32,569 nt of DNA from Priapulus caudatus (Eukaryota), in assembly GCF_000485595.1 (NCBI RefSeq), contig NW_014577083.1:639286-671854 (forward strand), given 5' to 3'. A program made the position numbers and the translations under genes. Positions 23,933 to 32,569 of the stretch are shown piece after piece. The notes under the pieces were generated by a model. It searched no databases. It was not told the origin of the DNA and was given only the letters and a program-made list of their open reading frames with translations. Within the stretch, counting starts at the first letter, position 1. The number at the start of each line of letters is the position of its first letter.

Positions 23933-24090
23933 CACACACACACACACACACACACACACGCGCACACACACGCACACACACACGCGTGATTCGCCCGCCC
24001 CCGCACGCACCCACGGACGCACTCACGCACTCACGCACTCAAGCACTCACGCACGTACGTATATATTCGCACACATGCACGCACGCGAGC
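23933..24090. repeat. (CA)n and (GCAC/TCAC)n microsatellites
   Basis: Direct reading. Confidence 0.85.
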
Positions 24091-24901
24091 GCGCGGGGCG
24101 ACGTATCCTCGCCCCTAATAAGCACAGGGATTCGTATTTATTGCATGCAGACTCTGTCTGTATAGTTAAGCTCGTGTCTACTTATCAGGGATAAAGTGCC
24201 GGCTAAATCCGACTACGGACCTAGCAACTGCTGTTATGACTTTCGTGAGCGGTGTTTCGCGTCACGCAGTGCGTGCCTTCTGTCTGCGCGCGCGTCTACA
24301 TCACTCGCTTTATATATTGATATCTGTTTTTACTCTGTTAATGGGTTCTTCCACATAAAAACTCGCACGTCTTCTCGACCGTGTAATGGCTAGATGGTTC
24401 TCGGTGTAAGCTTGGCTTTTCTCTCGTTGTTTAAATAGGAGAAAAACGCGTAAATATTGCACGCGCGCGCGCTAGTTTGCTCCGATTTTGTTTTGATACT
24501 CGGCGCTAATGCTCAAATCCAAATTTACGAAAAAAGGTCAGTCACGCTTTTCGTAAAACATTTCTAAACCGAAACGCTGATCAGCAGATGTTAGCGGAGA
24601 AATGCGAACACGATTTTAATAGCCTCCGATGATGACGTCATCACCACCGCGAAGCAGCTGAAGACAAGTGCCGTTCGCAGCCAATCGGAGTGCTCCCTCG
24701 GCGTGTCTATCACATGTGAATCGTTATGCGATCTTAATTTAATTGTCGATGTCTGCCGCAAGCTACGAACATTGGTGGCCGTGAATTAACGACTTTAATC
24801 GCCGCGCAGCGACAACATGCAGATACGCAGATCAGTTATACACGAAACAGATATTCGTGGTCGTGTATACGTATATTATATGTTATGCGCATTGTTGTAG
24901 C

Positions 24902-24904
<3 letters not shown>

Positions 24905-24962
<58 letters not shown>

Positions 24963-25002
24963 GAAGAGAGAGAGAGAGAGATCGAAGAGAGAGAGAGGAT
25001 AA

Positions 25003-25048
<46 letters not shown>

Positions 25049-25070
25049 AGAGAGAGAGCGAAGAGACGAG
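24905..25070. repeat. Abutting (TC)n and (GA)n tracts forming an inverted repeat
   Basis: (TC)n 24905-24959, palindromic centre tctgcaga, then degenerate (GA)n. Confidence 0.95.
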
Positions 25071-25400
25071 CGTGCGTCTTCGGAATGACCGTCATCGCCG
25101 GATAGTCGCGTAGCTCGCGTGAGTTTACTCCCGCGTATATATAGCGAGAAAGACGCTAAGATCGGTGCGTTCGCTCTACAGCGTTCGCTCTACAAGAACT
25201 GCGGTGCGACGCCGTTCCCTGCCTCGCTGCCTGCCTGCACACAGCGAGCGCGCACACACATCTTGCACAACCGCACTCGCCTGTGTGAAATTGCCAGCCG
25301 TGTACTGCACAGTTCGGCTGCGTTTGGGAAAAATCGAAAACTAGTTACGATGTCGCGCGTTTAATCTGGCGCAGTAATTCTCGCTACGGGCGATAGGCTT

Positions 25401-25415
25401 CCTTATATGGCCAAT
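25401..25415 (+). promoter_or_regulatory. CArG-box motif CCTTATATGG immediately followed by CCAAT
   Basis: Exact CC(A/T)6GG match; motif only, function unproven. Confidence 0.3.
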
Positions 25416-25881
25416 GAAACGTTTATATGGATCGGTGCGCAGCGCGTACACGCCGCACGCCCGCCACCCTATCGGGGACCGTCGTCGCCGCGAAACCGGA
25501 CCCGTTTTACCTCCATACGGTGCGGCCTCGGCGGCGGTCCCAGCGTAACTTTAATAATTTCGTCCTGAGCTATGATAGGGCACGTCGGTCTTTAACAATT
25601 TCCATCGCTCAATACATACGGCGGACGGAGAAAGGGCTGGGCATAACAGCGTTAATTTGGATACAAACAATTATCATAACCACGCTCACATCGAGGCTGG
25701 CGCTCAGGCGCGGCGGCTATGAGCGTGTATGAGTGCGGGGCAATTTATACCACGCTGCAATCGTGGAAAACCCGTGCATGGAAACGGACGAGAGGTGGCG
25801 CTGTGGATGGCAGGTTTTATAAAGCGGTAAATTTACATCAGTCTCGCCAAGGTTTCGCAGACAGATATAATCATTTACCTG

Positions 25882-25996
25882 TTTGAGCGCGTATTTGCGC
25901 AGTCGATTTTGAGCCGTATTTTTGAGACACGTATTTGAGCGTACTTTGAGTGCATTTGAAGCCGTATTTTGAGGCGCATTGAGCGTATTTTGAGCG
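25882..25996 (+). repeat. Degenerate tandem repeat of about 11 bp (GCGTATTTTGA)
   Basis: Variants gagcgtattttgagcg, gagccgtatttttgag and gcgtactttgag. Confidence 0.75.
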
Positions 25997-26073
25997 CTTA
26001 TAAAAAAGACTGCACAGGCCATACATGGATGTCATTGGCAATTGAAATGAGTGTTTTAAAAATTATAATCGAT

Positions 26074-27468
26074 TATAAACAGCGAGCATCGCACCGACGG
26101 GCATAGCTCTTCACTGCAGAGCTAACCAACATTTCTACAGTGATCATTCGATGTTTTATTTATTCTCTCGCAGGATAATCTCTCCTAACTTATCCGAAAT
26201 TAGCATTATAAACGGGTAAGAACTATTAGATCACGTGAGATTATATACCACACTTGTGGCTGCACGTCGCGTATGCTCAAAGTGCGTACGCTAAGCGACG
26301 GCTACTTGCAGCACATCACGCACGCAGGACACGCGACACATAGGGAGCCGCAAGTTGTGTCATGAGAGTAAGAATTGCTTGTATCGCTGGTTCTCTCTCA
26401 ACGAAACGAAAACCCTATTTGAGATTTTACGCCGTACGGCCTCTGTCGTAAATCGTCTGGCCAGGCAGATGTAACAATGAAAGTGAAACCAACAGCGGGC
26501 TGTGAAGTTACTTGTTTCTTTACAAAAGACGCCACTCCCTGCTCGCTGTCGCTAATTTGCTAGAGCTGCAATATGAAAAGCAAATACAATTAAGCATGCG
26601 ACCCGTCGACGGTTGAGCCGCCTGCGAACATTGAAACTGGAAACCGCGTCCACGACTTCGCGTGTCGCCTCCCAGGCTCGGGGCCTTCGCCGGTAGTCAC
26701 ACATCGCAAAACTCTACTGCCCGCGCTGGGGGAGCTGGGCAAATATTGGGTTGCGAGGGAAGCGCGAGGCAACGCGAGTGCATGGCGGGTGCAGGCAGCA
26801 AGCAGGATGGCAGCAAGCAGCAGCAGGGAGCAGCAAGAGGCAGCAGCAGCAGCAGCAGTAGTAGCAGCAGCCAGCAGCAGCAGCCAGCAGTAGCGCAGGC
26901 AGCAAGTCAAGCAGCAGCAGCCAGCAGGGCAGCAGCGAGGCAAATCACCACTTCCTCGACAGTGCACCGTGGGCGATCCTAACCCCAAGTGACACCAGCC
27001 TGTGACGACGATCGTAACCTTTCCACTCACATCGTTATGGATCCACTTACAATGGGCGTGGCATAGTAGGCCATAGCGCGGCGTCCGGAGAGCGTGCGTG
27101 TCGGACTCCTGATAAATCTTAATCTTTGCGTAATATTTGCCCGCGTAGTGTCTTGACTATCCTGTATCATAAATGCTGGTTTCTTCGGACTCAACACGAC
27201 CTAGCGCGAAGTATAAAGCAATAAAGCCCTCCGAGGTGGACGCGGGGTTAGAATGCTGCAGACGCGTGTGGGGCGGGCGTTGAAGCTATGTGCTCTCTCT
27301 CGATCTCAGTTTCTCGTCTCTCTCAGGCAGTTGCTCTCTCTCTCGTCTCTCTCTCTCTCTCTCTCGTCTCTCTGGCTTACTCTCTAGCACTCACTATTTC
27401 CTACCAATTCCTACCTCGCGTAGTTCTCCTGCCCGCTTGCTTCTCTGTGGCCCTTTCTCTTCATCAAC
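26074..27468 (+). repeat. About 1.4-kb unit, copy A of a second apparent tandem duplication; contains (CAG)n and (CT)n tracts
   Basis: Colinear with 27494-28845 via shared anchors tcattcgatgttttat, gatcacgtgagat and agcgcgaggcaacgcgagtgcat. Confidence 0.9.
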
Positions 27469-27493
27469 NNNNNNNNNNNNNNNNNNNNNNNNN
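27469..27493. other. Assembly gap (exactly 25 N)
   Basis: Run of N between the two 1.4-kb copies. Confidence 0.99.
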
Positions 27494-28845
27494 GTAAACA
27501 TTATACAACGAGCATCGCCAGCGGCGTTGCACTCCGGTCTTCACCTTGCAGATGCTAAACCACATTTTCTATGGTCATTCGATGTTTTATATTGCGTCTC
27601 TGCAGGGTATCTTTCAACTTACCTGCTCGAAATTAGCCATATACGTAAAACAACACTATAGGATCACGTGAGATATTGATACACACGCAACCTGTCCGTA
27701 GCTCGAAGGCGTACGTAATGCACGCCTGCACACACAGCACCGCCACACACTTAGACCGCCAATGTTGTCATGGAGTAGGAATTCTTTATCGCTCTCACAC
27801 GACAAACGGCAACCTATTGTGAAGATTTTACGCCTTACGGCTCGTCTAAATTCGTCCTGGCAGGCAAGTATGTTACAATGGAAGTGAACGAACGGCGGCT
27901 TGTGAAGTGGAAGTTACTGTTTTTCTTTACAAAAGGACGCCCCCTCCTGCTCGGCGTCGCTAATTTTCTAGAGCTTGCAATAATTGAAAAGCGAAATACA
28001 TTAGCATCGACCTCGACGTGAGCCGCTTGCGAACAGGTGTGAGGGACAACTGGAAAAACCGCTGCCACACCTTCGCACGGTAAGACTCGCAAATAACTGT
28101 CCCTGCGCTGGGCAAATATTACGGGATTGGCGGGAGCGCGAGGCAACGCGAGTGCATAGCTGGGGTGCAGCAAGCAAGCAGGCAAGCGAGCGCAGCAGCA
28201 GCAAGCAGCAGCAGGGCCACAAGCAGCACGCAGCAAGCAGCTGCAGGCAGCAGCTCCAAGCAGCGACAGCAGCAGTAGCGCAGGCGCACAGCAGACGGGC
28301 AGCAGCAGCAGCAGGCAGCGCGCGAGGGAAATCACCAACTCTCCTCTCTCACCGTGGCGGATCCCTCCCCACGCACCCAGCAGGCCTGTGACGACACTCG
28401 TTCTACATCCTTGTTCCCACTCACATCGTTTAATAGATCAACTTATACAACTGGCGGGGCATCAGTAGGCCATAGGCGCTACTGTCGGAGCGCTGTCGTG
28501 AACCCTCGTGATAAAATCTTGCGTACATATTTTGCCGTAGTGTCTGACATCATGATATTTAAGCTCGTGCTTCGCGACTTCACACTCACACCTTAGACGT
28601 GCGAAAGTACCACCAGTAGAACGCAAATTAAAAGCTTCGGGATGGGAACGCGGTTAGGAATTCTGCACGGCGTGTGGGGCCGGCCGTTCGAAACAGTGGC
28701 TCTTCTCTCATCTTTCTTTCTCTCTCTCTCCTCTCTCTCTCTCTCTTCTCTCTCCTCTGGATCTTAACTCTCTATAGCACTCTATTCCTACCCCGTCAGT
28801 TCTCCCTCCCGCTTTCTTTCTCTGTGCCCTTTCTCTCTCACTCGT
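27494..28845 (+). repeat. About 1.35-kb unit, copy B of the second apparent duplication
   Basis: Same order of anchors as 26074-27468, with dense indels. Confidence 0.9.
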
Positions 28846-29027
28846 ACACACACCACGCCGCAGCGACGTCGGCTGTTTGAACAACTGATTACGATGCGAG
28901 GACGGGTTGTTTCGCCAAATTTACGCCTTCGACGTTCAGCTTCGGCTCGGGCTGCGGACACGCTCAAAACCGCGCGATGCGGCTATGAATAGCTTAGATT
29001 ATGATAGAATAAGATTCTCAAATAAGC

Positions 29028-30045
29028 ATGGAATGGATGATGGATGGATAGATTGGTATGGATTGGATGGATAGAATAGATCTCATAGGGGTGGATGGGA
29101 GGATGGATGATGGATGGATGGATGGGATGGAGGTAATGGACTGGATGGATGGGAATTGATGCGATGATGGATGGATGGATCTGAATGGGAGATGGATTGG
29201 ATGGATGGATGGATGGATGGGATGGATGGGGATGGATGGATGGATGGAATGGATGGAATGGAGTGATGGATGGAATGGCTGGCATGGATTGGATGGATAT
29301 GATGGGAAATGAGATGATGCCGGTGAATTGGATGATGGATGGATGGATGGATGGATGGATGATTGGCGATTGGACTTGGGATGGAATGAATGGATGGATG
29401 GACATGGAGGATGGGTGGAGTGGATGGATGGATGGATGGATAGCATAGATAGATAGAGAGAGATAGCATGACCATGGATGGATGGTGTGGATCAGATCAG
29501 GATCGACTTCGATAGATGATAGATAGATAGAGTAGATTTTGATAGGCATAGAATGGATAGAAACGATAGATAGTTAAGAAGATAGATAGAATAGGATAAA
29601 TGATAGATAGATAGATAGTAGATTAGATAGATAGATAGATAGGGATAGATCAGATTAGACATTTAGATAGATAGATAGATGGACTAGATGGCTGGTTGGA
29701 TAGATTAGATAGATTTAGATTAGATAAGTATAGATAGTGATAGTATTAGATAGATTAGTGATTAGAATAGATAGAATAGATTAGATAGAATAGATAGATA
29801 GATAGATAGATTAGGAATGATAGATAGGCATAGCGTAGATAGGATCGATAGTATAGAGAGATCGGGTGGAGGAAAATGCGGGAAAAGCGAGAGAGATGAG
29901 AGAGAGAGAGAGGTGAGAGACGAGAGAGAGAGAGGATGTGGTGGAGAAGAGATAGAGATATGGAGATGAGAGAGAGAGAGAGACGCAGAGACGCAAGAGA
30001 AGGGGGCGAGAGATGGGTGGACGGAGAGAGAATTCTCTCTCTCTC
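29028..30045. repeat. Compound satellite: (GATG)n, then (GATA)n, then (GA)n
   Basis: (GATG) about 29028-29490, (GATA) about 29500-29850, (GA) about 29885-30045; all interrupted by indels. Confidence 0.95.
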
Positions 30046-30698
30046 GAAGGGAAGATAAACACGATATATTGCCTTCGGAATTCGCGAGAGCCGATGCTCC
30101 CCCCCCCATCACAGTCGTCGTAGGTGCGTGTATCTACATGTCTCTCTCTCACGCACGCACACACACACGCGCGTGTCAAATGTCGTTGCTACTGCGTTCG
30201 AGCTCTTGACCGGGAGATGTGATGACTGCGACGAGTCGTCGCTCGACCTCCTCGACCTTGTTCGCGTGTGGTCTCGACTCTTCGCTGCTCTCGTGAGAGA
30301 GACTGCATGCAGACGCCATTCGCGAAATATTTGTTCTGTGTTTCAAGCGGTGGCCTTGCCTCGGGCGCGCCTGCGATATCTCGACATGAAATTGAAATGT
30401 GACCAGTAGAGCCGCAGCTCGCACCTTCCACCGTGTACAGCACTCGATAGGTACGCTCGTCGAACGTCGACTACATTTTCAACCTCGTGCTGAGGGAAGG
30501 GATAGAGGGACGATCTTCGCGCTCCCATTGTTTCTTGAGATAGTTAAAGAAAGTATATAGATACATTTGTCATTATTAACCCCTGTATATATAGAAAGAA
30601 TATAGTAATAGAAATAGAAAAAGATATCGTATCGTAACCCTTATATTCTTAGTCGCTTTAAAACCAGGTGCAGATGGTTATAGTTACGTAGGGGAGAA

Positions 30699-30748
30699 GG
30701 AGACCATATATGGGGAGACCATATATGGGGAGACGGAGACCATGTATG
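30699..30748 (+). repeat. 15-bp tandem repeat GGAGACCATATATGG, each full unit containing a palindromic CArG box
   Basis: CCATATATGG at 30704-30713 and 30719-30728; third degenerate unit ggagaccatgtatg. Confidence 0.8.
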
Positions 30749-31058
30749 TGTCGTCATGCTTTCGGTGTTCACGTATAGGAACGTATAGGATGTATGTTTC
30801 GGAATACGAGTTTGCGAGACAAGAGGCTGATTACGCTTACACGGATACAGTGGCTACATCCACGCAGCTACGGTCAAACTTGTGCTAGCCGTTACTCCTA
30901 TAGAACGGACACCTGCCTATAAAGGTCATATTCAATATTTCTATTAGGTGACAGTTATAGAGTAACACTATGGAATAATGGACACTTCTTCTATGAGTTT
31001 CCCTTGAATGAGACTAGACGAGAAGAGATAAGAAGAGAAGAAACCCGAAAAAAGTCGA

Positions 31059-31205
31059 TAAGCGCGCGTTGGCGGTGGCGCGTTGCTTTATTCTAGAACA
31101 ATTAGACGCGTTCTATTATTATTATTATTATTAGCGTTCGTGGTTTTTTTAAGCGCGCGTTGGCGGTGGCGCGTTGCTTTATTCTAGAACAATTAGACGC
31201 GTTCT
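31059..31205 (+). repeat. Exact 56-bp direct repeat (31059-31114, 31150-31205) around a 35-bp (ATT)n-containing spacer
   Basis: taagcgcgcgttggcggtggcgcgttgctttattctagaacaattagacgcgttct occurs twice. Confidence 0.95.
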
Positions 31206-32365
31206 TTGCTGGGACACATACATCTTCCATCTTCGCTTCGTTTACGATGTTTAACACTTGCCGCATATATACCTATCGTGCAGGTGTAGCCGGTGATGAT
31301 GGCAGACAATGGCTCATTGTAAAATTTACTGCCATTATCACGATTTATTGTTCGCTCGTCAATGAACATAAAAATGAAGCATATGGTACTTTATCTATAT
31401 CGAGCGATTTCGCTGTTAGTTTAAATTTTATTTTAATACGACGTATATACCCGATGATATCGTATTTATTCGAGAAAAATTCGCATATTGACATCGATAA
31501 ACATCAGCGTGTGTGCATAGTTAACGATCTTATAAATATTAAGCAGGGTCGGTGCTTTCTGCATGACGTTGGTGGGCTATATGCAATGCTTAATGCGGCG
31601 CGCGTCTTCATCATATTTCCTATACATTACATTTACATTCACTTCTCCACGCGTCGTCACTAACTGCTACTGTGCAGCTCATTTAATATACGTATAGAAA
31701 GGATCGTTATGCAAGATAGAAGCTACAGGGAGGGCACACGATATACATAACGACTGTGAGGACATTATGGTGAAGTTATTTTCTACTATGTGTTATGTAT
31801 TGTAGTTGCATCTAACCTTTCGAAATCTTGGTTGAGTTCCTCCGTTAAAACAAAATCAGCAATACGGTTATAATCTTTTCCAACAAAACACCACCAATAT
31901 AACCCGTTATAAATCCCACTCAAGATACTATACATAGAAGTATAGATATACGTACAGCATATATATTCCTAATACATATATCAGCTGGCAAACGCAACTT
32001 GGCGCCCCTGTTGGCGCATGCAAGTTATGACTCAGCCACTCCATATCAAATTTGGGGTACTTAATAAAACGTAGCGAGTCATTTCCGGGCAAGGATCCCC
32101 GCTTCCCCTACTATATCATGCCTGATTATTGCGGCCATGGATCTAATTTAGCGGGGTCATATCTACCCGTCTGTATACTGTAGTAGCGAGCGATAATTAT
32201 ATGCCCTAAATTAACGCACGAACGCGAACTGAGGCAGTAGTTATTGTTTCACTGCAACTATATTTCGGCGTATGAGAAACGCGAAATTCAAGCAACATAT
32301 TTTATATTTGCTGCAAGTAGTTGCAGTTGTAATTTAGTCATCAGCTGTAATGTTTGCTTATGTGC

Positions 32366-32366
<1 letters not shown>

Positions 32367-32392
<26 letters not shown>
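32367..32392. repeat. (TA)n microsatellite
   Basis: Direct reading. Confidence 0.95.
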
Positions 32393-32396
<4 letters not shown>

Positions 32397-32569
32397 TAGG
32401 TTATGCATTCTACCCATTTACATGCGATGTGATGCGTCGTCGTCGAATGTTTCAAAAATTCATACTGGTTACGGATTTAATACACCACACCTAATTCTTT
32501 ATGATCACCGGAATCGGGATTTTAGAATTAAATATTACATTTTATTATTTGCTGTACGGATCAGGGTAG

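Noticed and set aside
26590..27030. CAG-tract ORFs
   Set aside because: Frames are not conserved in the second copy (27835-28391); the sequence is too noisy to call.
28983..30179. IHPS and MDGW repeat ORFs
   Set aside because: Translations of (GATG)n, (GATA)n and (GA)n.
31059..31205. Repeat-spacer-repeat as a mini-CRISPR
   Set aside because: Only two repeats, 56 bp long, with a microsatellite spacer and no cas genes.
31160..31663. 167-aa non-repetitive ORF
   Set aside because: Non-ATG start inside the direct repeat, no recognisable motif, and no splice or codon evidence; a blastp search would be needed.
30689..32110. TA-flanked element with GGGGA termini (ta|ggggag...ttcccc|ta)
   Set aside because: Only 5 terminal bases match and no transposase remnant was seen.

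Overview
This is eukaryotic, repeat-rich, mostly non-coding DNA. Abundant CpG and many (GCAC)n, (CA)n, (GA)n and (GATA)n microsatellites suggest an insect such as a hymenopteran (inference). I see no bacterial-type genes, rRNA, tRNA or CRISPR array, and almost every ORF in the track is a translation of a simple repeat. There are three N-gaps (2931-3647, 8248-8257, 27469-27493). Two tandem 'duplications' (about 3.9 kb and about 1.4 kb) each straddle a small gap and differ mainly by scattered 1-nt indels, so they are probably long-read gap-filling artefacts. Comparing the two noisy copies of the 3.9-kb unit shows structure the ORF track misses: two + strand Asp-rich terminal-exon candidates with near-identical splice-acceptor contexts (one ending in a basic NLS-like motif), a 22-bp/66-bp nested tandem array, a 12/13-bp array with a 62-bp period, and a G-rich block. 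Elsewhere there is a possible decayed non-LTR reverse-transcriptase fragment (minus strand, about 2480-2850), a MITE-like inverted repeat, three perfect CArG boxes and an exact 56-bp direct repeat. All coding calls are tentative, and no new biological system is established from this sequence alone.
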